Assembly (NCBI GenBank): GCA_902634075.1 | Contig: CACPJA010000004.1 | Coordinates: 613-64,612, forward strand | Origin: an uncultured Gammaproteobacteria bacterium | Lineage (GTDB): Bacteria > Pseudomonadota > Gammaproteobacteria > Steroidobacterales > UBA11654 | Length of the DNA stretch: 64,000 nucleotides | Reading direction: 5' to 3' | In this document: one piece after another, positions 9,174 to 16,498 of the stretch | How the letters are laid out: each line of letters starts with the position of its first letter | Numbering within the stretch: the stretch's first letter is position 1 | The notes under the pieces: generated by a model | Told to the model about the DNA's origin: nothing | Database searches by the model: none | The model's input: the letters and a program-made list of their open reading frames with translations, nothing else | Program-made: the position numbers and the translations under genes

Positions 9174-10202
9174 ATGAAGATAGATATAATAATTGATCCA
9201 ACTCACACCACTGATGAATTTAAAGAACTTGGGGTTATTGCTGAGAATCTAGGCTTTAGTAGTGTCTTAACAGCTAATTATCCATCTGCAATCGATCCGT
9301 TTATTAACTTTACGGCACTTGCAAAAGAGACTCGACAAATCAAAATGGGTCCAGTGGCTGTAAGTCCCTTTGAAACTCATCCTTTGAAATTATCCAATCT
9401 CTTATTTGGCTTAAACCAATACACGGAAGGCAGAGCAAAAATTAGCATAGGGGGTGGTGGTGGAACCTTAATTGCAATGGGATTAAAACCTGATCGACGA
9501 ACCATGTACCCTAATATGGTTCAAGGTGTCAGAGAGTGTGTCCAATTTCTAAAAAAGTTATCCGCCAGTGAACCAATTTCTTTTAAAGGTCAGGTATTTC
9601 AAATTAATGGCCCTAAACCTGAATGGATCAATCAACCTTGTCCTGACATCTATGTTGCTGCAACAAAGCCAAAGATGTTATCCATGGCCACTGAACTAGC
9701 TGATGGTTTAATCATGAGTGACGTTACTTTGGCTCGAATGGGTGAATGCAAATCAATCATAGAATCGTCATTAAAGGAGAACAAACGCAATCGAGATGAA
9801 TTCTCAATCAGTAATCTATTTGCTTGGCATATAAAGACTGACAAGGAAGAATCTAAAGCAGAAGCAAGATCCAAGCTTTTTGTCCGTGGTATGTTGGATC
9901 ATTGGTACATCTCGACGTTTCTCAATGATGATGAGTCTCAATTGGTTGAAGATAACTTCATGTCGTTTGCCCATGCTTATGCAAACAACACTGACATCAT
10001 TGAAGATGTCCCAGATTCTATAGTCGAAAAACTACTCGATAACCTTACCTTTACTGGCAATAGGAATGATGTCGGCAAAGTGGTAGAAGAACTTTTGGAA
10101 TTTAAGAGAAATGGTTTGGATGAATTTGCTATTAGGCTATACAAGGATCCTAAAGATTCTATGGAATTAATAGCTGAGACCGTTATCCCCCATCTTGATT
10201 AA
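9174..10202 (+). CDS. LLM-class (luciferase-like) flavin- or F420-dependent oxidoreductase, Mer-like
   Basis: ATG at 9174 gives MKIDIIIDP, parallel to MDIDIILEP of the paralogue at 58514..59536. Shared blocks GPVAVSPFETHPLK and GRAKISIGGGGG. The ORF-track start at 9156 is an upstream TTG. Confidence 0.8.
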   Translation: MKIDIIIDPTHTTDEFKELGVIAENLGFSSVLTANYPSAIDPFINFTALAKETRQIKMGPVAVSPFETHPLKLSNLLFGLNQYTEGRAKISIGGGGGTLIAMGLKPDRRTMYPNMVQGVRECVQFLKKLSASEPISFKGQVFQINGPKPEWINQPCPDIYVAATKPKMLSMATELADGLIMSDVTLARMGECKSIIESSLKENKRNRDEFSISNLFAWHIKTDKEESKAEARSKLFVRGMLDHWYISTFLNDDESQLVEDNFMSFAHAYANNTDIIEDVPDSIVEKLLDNLTFTGNRNDVGKVVEELLEFKRNGLDEFAIRLYKDPKDSMELIAETVIPHLD

Positions 10203-10216
10203 CCTTTTTGATTATT

Positions 10217-10230
10217 AATAGATTTGTTAG
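10217..10230 (+). repeat. Copy 2 of exact 14-nt direct repeat AATAGATTTGTTAG, 9 nt upstream of the M20 gene ATG
   Basis: Read directly from the sequence. Identical to 9149..9162. Confidence 0.9.
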
Positions 10231-10239
10231 GATTCCCTT

Positions 10240-11658
10240 ATGAAAAAAATTATATTTCTCTTAACTTTTGTAATTAGTTCGCATTTATGGGCTTCTAATC
10301 ACTCCTTAGATTCAACTATCAATAAACACCAATCAGAGTTTGAAAATGTTGCAATGACCATATGGGATCTTGCTGAGGTGGGTTATCAAGAATACGAAAG
10401 CTCAAAACTGCTTCAAAATAGCTTAAAAGATCACGGTTTCAAAATACAAACTAATGTGGCTGATATTCCTACCGCTTTTATAGCTGAGTACGGTTCAGGC
10501 TCACCTGTGATTGCGATTCTTGGAGAATTTGATGCTCTACCCGGTGTAGCTCAGAGTGCATCGCCATTTAAAGAACCATATAAAGATAACCAAGCCGGTC
10601 ATGCCTGCGGTCATCATCTCTTCGGGGCTGGTTCAGCTTGGTCCTCAGTTGTTATTAAAGACTGGATGAAAGCCAATAACATCAAAGGAACAATAAGGTT
10701 TTACGGGACCCCAGCAGAGGAAGGAGGATCGGGAAAAGTTTATATGACCAGGGCAGGATTATTTAATGACGTTGATGTGGCTCTTCATTGGCACCCAGGT
10801 AGCGTAAGTCATGCTAGACCTAGAACCTCAAACTCTAATAAATCTGCACGATTCACATTTGATGGCATATCTGCACATGCAGCTGCTGCACCAGAACAAG
10901 GTCGGTCAGCACTTGATGGTGTTGAATCAATGAACATGATGGTAAATCTAATGAGAGAACACATACCTCAAGAATCAAGAATTCATTATGTCATTACCAA
11001 AGGTGGTCAAGCTCCTAACGTCATCCCTGATGAGGCTCAAGTTTATTACTATGTGAGACACCCTAAAAGAGAGATTGTTGGTGAACTCTTTGAGCGAGTT
11101 GTCAAAGCAGCTGAAGGAGCTGCAATGGGCACAGGGACCACTGTAAGCTATGAAGTAATGCATGGAAATTTTCCATTGATGCCAAACGATACATTGCAAC
11201 GCATCATGCATGATAAATTAACCAAACGTGGTGGAATAAAATATTCTTCAACTGAAACAGAATACGCAAAACAAATTCATCAGACCTTTTTAAATCCAAC
11301 AGCAAAAATTGGCGATCAGGAAAATATTCTCTCCTATAAAGCAACTCACGGTTATGGATCAACTGATGTTGGTGATGTGAGTTGGTTAGTTCCTACGGGT
11401 GGTGCAAGAATAGCGAGCTGGGTCCCTGGGACGTCAGCTCATTCTTGGCAAGCTGTCGCCTCAGGTGGCACTACAATAGGCTTAAAAGGAACCAAATTAG
11501 CTGTTCAAGTCTTATCTGAGACGGCTCAGGAAATATACCTAGATCCTAAAATAGCTCAAAAAGCAAAAGAAGAATTATCCATAAATGTTGGTGCAGATTT
11601 CAAGTACGTGCCTTTGTTAGGTGACAGAGAACCACCTTTAGACTATCGGAAGAATTAA
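10240..11658 (+). CDS. M20 family amidohydrolase/peptidase (AbgB-like), exported
   Basis: Signal peptide MKKIIFLLTFVISSHLWA. Metal-site block GHACGHHLFGAGS. 472 aa, typical of the AbgB/M20D subfamily. Confidence 0.85.
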   Translation: MKKIIFLLTFVISSHLWASNHSLDSTINKHQSEFENVAMTIWDLAEVGYQEYESSKLLQNSLKDHGFKIQTNVADIPTAFIAEYGSGSPVIAILGEFDALPGVAQSASPFKEPYKDNQAGHACGHHLFGAGSAWSSVVIKDWMKANNIKGTIRFYGTPAEEGGSGKVYMTRAGLFNDVDVALHWHPGSVSHARPRTSNSNKSARFTFDGISAHAAAAPEQGRSALDGVESMNMMVNLMREHIPQESRIHYVITKGGQAPNVIPDEAQVYYYVRHPKREIVGELFERVVKAAEGAAMGTGTTVSYEVMHGNFPLMPNDTLQRIMHDKLTKRGGIKYSSTETEYAKQIHQTFLNPTAKIGDQENILSYKATHGYGSTDVGDVSWLVPTGGARIASWVPGTSAHSWQAVASGGTTIGLKGTKLAVQVLSETAQEIYLDPKIAQKAKEELSINVGADFKYVPLLGDREPPLDYRKN

Positions 11659-11663
11659 GCTAA

Positions 11664-12860
11664 GTGTCCATCTACAGAATTCTTGTTTTCTCGATAATAC
11701 TTTTGACTAGCAACCTACTTGCTGATGAATTGAAAGTCAAAGAACTTAGTGAGACACAGCTAATAGATATGTTGAAAGGCTCATGCATTCAATCAACAAG
11801 ATCTTGTGATCCTGGACCATCAATATCCTTAATAAAAGAGGCGATTCAAGCAGGAAGAAAATTTAAAATGATTTCTGTCGATGATTTTCCGGATGATGGA
11901 ATTGTAGTTGCAGTTCAAGGTATTGGAGGTGGTGGTCCATGGGAATATGTCATTGAAAGAACTAAATCTCAGGGTCTAGATATTCTTTCACAATCAAAAA
12001 GAAATAATATGGTAGTTGATTTACTTAGTGAATTTGTAGGCAAAGAAGTCACCGCAATAATTAGATCAGAGGCCGCTGAAGCCACTGCGACAGCATTATT
12101 GGTTGCTGCCGAACGAAATATTCCAATTTTGGATGCTGGAATAACAGGAAGAGCTGTGCCTGAAGTCCAACAGTCAATTCCTTGGATATCTGGAATTGCT
12201 TCTATTCCTACAGCGATTGTTACACCATGGGGTGATGAAATCGTCATCAAGAATGCGATAGATGAATATAGGGTTGAAGATTTATCTCGTGCAATTGCTG
12301 TGGCAAGTGGTGGTGACGCCGTAATCACTATGACGCCTATGAATGGCCAACAAATTAAGTATGCTGCCTTAAAAAATAATCTTACAGAGGCGATCAAATA
12401 TGGGAAAGTAACTCGTGAAGCAGTTGAATCAAATAATGACCCGATTGATGCGCTGTTAAAAGCTTCGTCTGGTTACAAACTATTTCAAGGTTTGGTAACA
12501 AAATCTGATGAGAAAGGTGACAGAGGGTTCAACTGGATTGATGTTGAAATCTCAGGTACTGATGATTTTACTGGCAAAACTTATGAGGTATTTGTTAAAA
12601 ATGAAAATATCATAGGTTGGCTCGACGGTGAGATTGATGCAATGTCACCAGACTATATATATAACCTTGACCCTAAAACTGGCGAATCAATTGTCAGTAA
12701 GGCTGGAATTGGTTCATACCCAATTGGGAAGGAAGTCGTTTTAATTGGATTACCCTCTGCCGATCAATGGAGATCTGATATGGGTATTAAACTAATGGGA
12801 CCTAAACACTTTGGATTTGATTTTGACTTTACACCAATCGAAGAATTGCATTCAAAGTAA
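11664..12860 (+). CDS. DUF917 family protein with predicted signal peptide
   Basis: GTG start. N-terminus MSIYRILVFSIILLTSNLLA. DUF917-like blocks GIGGGGPWE, GITGRAVPEVQQS, SPDYIYNLDPKTGE and GPKHFGFDFDFTPIEEL. Confidence 0.7.
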   Translation: MSIYRILVFSIILLTSNLLADELKVKELSETQLIDMLKGSCIQSTRSCDPGPSISLIKEAIQAGRKFKMISVDDFPDDGIVVAVQGIGGGGPWEYVIERTKSQGLDILSQSKRNNMVVDLLSEFVGKEVTAIIRSEAAEATATALLVAAERNIPILDAGITGRAVPEVQQSIPWISGIASIPTAIVTPWGDEIVIKNAIDEYRVEDLSRAIAVASGGDAVITMTPMNGQQIKYAALKNNLTEAIKYGKVTREAVESNNDPIDALLKASSGYKLFQGLVTKSDEKGDRGFNWIDVEISGTDDFTGKTYEVFVKNENIIGWLDGEIDAMSPDYIYNLDPKTGESIVSKAGIGSYPIGKEVVLIGLPSADQWRSDMGIKLMGPKHFGFDFDFTPIEELHSK

Positions 12861-12862
12861 GC

Positions 12863-12953
12863 TGGCGGAGAGAGAGGGATTCGAACCCTCGAAAGGCTAT
12901 TAACCTTTACAAGCTTTCCAAGCCTGCGCAATCGACCACTCTGCCATCTCTCC
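12863..12953 (-). tRNA. tRNA-Ser (anticodon GGA), type II with long variable arm, CCA encoded
   Basis: Reverse complement reads GGAGAGATGGCAGAGTGGTCGATTGCGCAGGCTTGGAAAGCTTGTAAAGGTTAATAGCCTTTCGAGGGTTCGAATCCCTCTCTCTCCGCCA. 7-bp acceptor stem GGAGAGA/TCTCTCC, anticodon loop TTGGAAA, T-arm GAGGGTTCGAATCCCTC. Confidence 0.85.
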
Positions 12954-13044
12954 TCGTGCCTATATTACAACAAGTAAGTCACTTGAGACTGTTTTTAATT
13001 TAGATTAGGGTAGGATAATAATTACTAATTTTTTTTAAGAATTC

Positions 13045-14613
13045 ATGAATAAATTTCCACGAAAAGAAACTTTACTAGAAACCTTTCAATGGCGCATTGA
13101 GGAGTCTTGTGATGATATTGCATTTAAATTTAATGACGAGGAAATAACCTATAGGGAATATGATCAAAAAGGAAATCAGGTCGCCAATGGAATCATTTCA
13201 GAGGGCTGTATTCCCAATTCGAGAGTAGCTGTTCTAGCTAAGAACTCTGTTATGTATGCAGAGATTCTTTTTGGAAGTATTAAATCCAGGACTGCATTAG
13301 TGGGTCTTAACTGGAGATTGGCTGGCCCTGAGGTCGTATTTGTGGTCAATGACTCCGAGAGCGAAGTGCTTTTTGTGGGTCCAGATTTTTATGAATTAGT
13401 TGATTCAATTAAAGATGAATTTACTCATGTTAAGAAAATTATTGCTATGGATGACACTCATAATAACTGGGAGAGCTATGAAACTTGGAGAAACTCCTCT
13501 GATACATCTGATCCAGGCCTTAAAGGCCATGCAGATGACGATGTCATTCAATTGTATACGTCTGGTACTACAGGTCACCCTAAAGGTGTTAGATTGACGA
13601 ATAAAAACCTGAATGCTTCTACACCAATGGTTGAAGAAACGTGGGGAAGGGATTGGCATGAAAAATCAGTCAATTTTGTTCTCTCGCCTCTGTTTCATAT
13701 AGCAGGATCGAATATTGTAATCATGGGTATTGTTTTTGGGTGTAAAAATATAGTGATCCCTGAGCCTGATCCTGGAAGAATCCTACATCTAATTGATACT
13801 GAGAAAATAGAAACTGCATTTATGGTACCTGCTTTAATTCAATTCCTCTTGAATCACCCAGACGCAAAAACTACTGATTTTTCTTCTTTAAGACAAATCG
13901 TTTATGGAGCATCTCCTATATCTGAAGATACCTTATTAAGAGCTATTGATGTTATGGGTTGTGAATTTTGGCAAGTCTATGGCCTTACTGAGACTTCAGG
14001 GATTGGCACAACCTTAGCTCCTGAGCATCATGAGCCTTCTTTAGGAAAACTTAGATCGTGCGGGCAAAAATACTCTGGCGTTGATATTAAAATTGTTGAT
14101 GATAATGGCAATGAGGTGCCCACGGGTGAAGTTGGAGAAATAACCATTAAGTCGACAATTATCATGAAGGGTTATTGGCATAGAGATGAAGCGAACAGTG
14201 AATCAATTGTTGATGGCTGGTTTCATACTGGAGATGCTGGGTATTTTGACGATGAAGATTTTCTCTACATCTACGATCGAGTGAAAGACATGATTATTTC
14301 TGGAGGCGAAAATATATACCCTGCTGAAGTTGAGAATGCACTAATGAGTCATCCTGATATTATCGATGCAGCTGCAGTAGGTGTTCCCGATGATAAATGG
14401 GGTGAGACGGTAAAAGGTTTTGTTATTCTGAAAGAAGGTGTTGAGCTAACCGAGCAAGATATAATAGCTTCGACTAAAGAGAAGATAGCCTCCTATAAAT
14501 GCCCTACTTCAATAAACTTTATTCAAGAGATGCCAAGGAACCCATCGGGAAAAATACTTCGAAGAGAACTGCGAGAACCTTACTGGGATGATAAAGGAAG
14601 AAACGTTTCTTAA
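13045..14613 (+). CDS. Acyl-CoA synthetase / long-chain-fatty-acid--CoA ligase (AMP-binding family)
   Basis: YTSGTTGHPKGV, GWFHTGD, PRNPSGKILRREL. Confidence 0.9.
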   Translation: MNKFPRKETLLETFQWRIEESCDDIAFKFNDEEITYREYDQKGNQVANGIISEGCIPNSRVAVLAKNSVMYAEILFGSIKSRTALVGLNWRLAGPEVVFVVNDSESEVLFVGPDFYELVDSIKDEFTHVKKIIAMDDTHNNWESYETWRNSSDTSDPGLKGHADDDVIQLYTSGTTGHPKGVRLTNKNLNASTPMVEETWGRDWHEKSVNFVLSPLFHIAGSNIVIMGIVFGCKNIVIPEPDPGRILHLIDTEKIETAFMVPALIQFLLNHPDAKTTDFSSLRQIVYGASPISEDTLLRAIDVMGCEFWQVYGLTETSGIGTTLAPEHHEPSLGKLRSCGQKYSGVDIKIVDDNGNEVPTGEVGEITIKSTIIMKGYWHRDEANSESIVDGWFHTGDAGYFDDEDFLYIYDRVKDMIISGGENIYPAEVENALMSHPDIIDAAAVGVPDDKWGETVKGFVILKEGVELTEQDIIASTKEKIASYKCPTSINFIQEMPRNPSGKILRRELREPYWDDKGRNVS

Positions 14614-14624
14614 AAGGAAAACCA

Positions 14625-15413
14625 ATGAATTATGAAACACTAAGCATAGATCAAGCTAACAGCATTGCAACACTCAGTTTCAACAGACCTGATAAGTTAA
14701 ATGCATTTGACAGCAAAATGGTCATTGAAACTCAAGACGCTATCAAAGCAATATCTGATGATAACTCAATAAAAGTTGTCATTATCACCGGCACAGGCAA
14801 AGGCTTCTCTGCCGGTGCAGATCTTTCAGATCCAACAGGTATGGATGATCTCAGCAACGATCGTTTGGTCTATGAGGGACTCGTAGAAGGTTATATGCCT
14901 AGCCTAGTGGCTATTATGAATATGCCTAAACCTGTAATTGCTGCAGTTAATGGTCCTGCGGCTGGCATTGGCAGTGCTTTTGCACTTGCTTGTGACTTAA
15001 TGGTGATGTCAGAAAGCGCCTATCTAAAGCAAGCTTTTGTTCATATTGCTCTAATTCCAGACGGAGGATTAAACTGGTTTCTCACACGTTCCGTTGGTTA
15101 TAAATTGGCTTATGAAATGGCAATTGAGGGAAACAATATTTCAGCAGCACGATGTCTTGAATTAGGTTTAACGAATAAAGTCGTTAGTGATGATGAATTA
15201 ATGAGTTCGACAATGGCGTGGGCAGAATCTTTAGCACGAAAATCATCACAATCTCTTAGGGAAACAAAGAATGTTATGAGAGCAGCGATGACTGCCTCGT
15301 ATGAAGATACCTTTAAACTTGAAGCAGAAGCCAACAACTCATTACACGGTTCAGAAGATAGCCTTGAGGCTATAAAGGCATTTTTTGAGAAAAGAGAGCC
15401 TAACTTTAAATAA
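14625..15413 (+). CDS. Enoyl-CoA hydratase/isomerase family protein
   Basis: Crotonase signature GTGKGFSAGADL and AAVNGPAAGIG. Confidence 0.9.
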   Translation: MNYETLSIDQANSIATLSFNRPDKLNAFDSKMVIETQDAIKAISDDNSIKVVIITGTGKGFSAGADLSDPTGMDDLSNDRLVYEGLVEGYMPSLVAIMNMPKPVIAAVNGPAAGIGSAFALACDLMVMSESAYLKQAFVHIALIPDGGLNWFLTRSVGYKLAYEMAIEGNNISAARCLELGLTNKVVSDDELMSSTMAWAESLARKSSQSLRETKNVMRAAMTASYEDTFKLEAEANNSLHGSEDSLEAIKAFFEKREPNFK

Positions 15414-15420
15414 CTTCTAG

Positions 15421-16434
15421 CTATTCTGCTTTTAGCGCCTTTAGAACATCAGCTGCAAGATCGAGCTCACCGGTATACAATACTGGAGCAATTCTCTGGC
15501 CGATTGACCCATAGCGTGTTTTAATCTCATGAGCAAGAGCCTCTGGGGTTTCCTCAACGACAGCAAATGTTTTTAAAACATCATCATCAATAGCTTCACC
15601 CATCTCTTGCCATTTTCCTTTTTTTGATAACTGATTAAGTTCTTTACTCAGATCGCCATAGCCATGAGTTTCAAGAACGGCAACATAATTTGGTGTCGAG
15701 GCATAAAATGCCACTTGTTCTCGACAAGCCTGAACAGCTTTCTTGTGAGATTCCTCTGTAGCTCCAATACCAGTCATAACACTAATAGATAAGTCAAATT
15801 GATCTCTCGTCTTCCCAGCTGTCTCCAATCCTTTTTTAATAATTGGTAAAGTAACCTGATCATAGTAAGTGGGTGAACTAAAAGGATGCCCTAATAGTCC
15901 ATCGGCGCTTTCAGCGACTGCTTTCGTCATCAGTGGTCCTACCGCTGCAACATATATCTTTGGTAAACCATGAGAGTTAGGACCTGGGTTAAAAAACGGA
16001 GTCATCAAAGTATGCGTGTAGAACTCACCTCTGTAATTAAGTCTCGTTCCATTCTGCCAACAATCCCAAATTGCTTTGATAGCTTGAACCATATCCTTCA
16101 TCCTTGCTGCCGGCTGAGACCATGGCATCGAAAAACGTTTAGTGATATGAGGTTTGATTTGGGAGCCTAGTCCTAGAATAAAACGACCCCCTGAAACAAG
16201 ATTAAGATCATAACCAATATTGGCTAATGTCATGGGATTTCGTGCGAAAGCAACTGCAATTGATGTTATCAATTCTATTTTATTTGTTTCAGATGCAGCA
16301 GAAACAAGTGGGAGAAAGGGATCGTGAGCTCCCTCAAATGTATAAGCCCCATCGTAACCTGCGTCTTCAACTAACTTAAAAGCTGGTCCAGCTTCTAAAG
16401 GATTGCTGATCATTATTCCTGCGTCTATTTTCAT
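15421..16434 (-). CDS. LLM-class oxidoreductase of the subfamily usually annotated as F420-dependent
   Basis: MKIDAG.., HDPFLPL, AFARNPMTLA, GGRFILGLGSQIKPHITKRFSMPWSQPAARMKDMV, FYASTPNY. Matches my recollection of the TIGR03617-type family. Confidence 0.75.
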   Translation of the reverse strand: MKIDAGIMISNPLEAGPAFKLVEDAGYDGAYTFEGAHDPFLPLVSAASETNKIELITSIAVAFARNPMTLANIGYDLNLVSGGRFILGLGSQIKPHITKRFSMPWSQPAARMKDMVQAIKAIWDCWQNGTRLNYRGEFYTHTLMTPFFNPGPNSHGLPKIYVAAVGPLMTKAVAESADGLLGHPFSSPTYYDQVTLPIIKKGLETAGKTRDQFDLSISVMTGIGATEESHKKAVQACREQVAFYASTPNYVAVLETHGYGDLSKELNQLSKKGKWQEMGEAIDDDVLKTFAVVEETPEALAHEIKTRYGSIGQRIAPVLYTGELDLAADVLKALKAE

Positions 16435-16450
16435 GATGTCATTTTACACA

Positions 16451-16480
16451 AAAAAAGAGGCGAATAAATCGCCTCTTTTT
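16451..16480 (-). terminator. Rho-independent terminator downstream of the TonB-dependent receptor gene
   Basis: Stem GAGGCG (16457-16462) pairs with CGCCTC (16470-16475) around a 7-nt loop. It is flanked by an A-run and a T-run, so on the minus strand the hairpin is followed by a T tract. Confidence 0.7.
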
Positions 16481-16498
16481 ATTGTTAGTGTTACAGAA

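Noticed and set aside
12863-12953. tRNA-Ser as a possible genomic-island integration site for the accessory-looking enzyme genes to its left.
   Set aside because: There is no integrase, no visible direct repeat of the tRNA 3' end, no mobility genes and no obvious compositional break. The flanking genes are tightly packed like the rest of the window.
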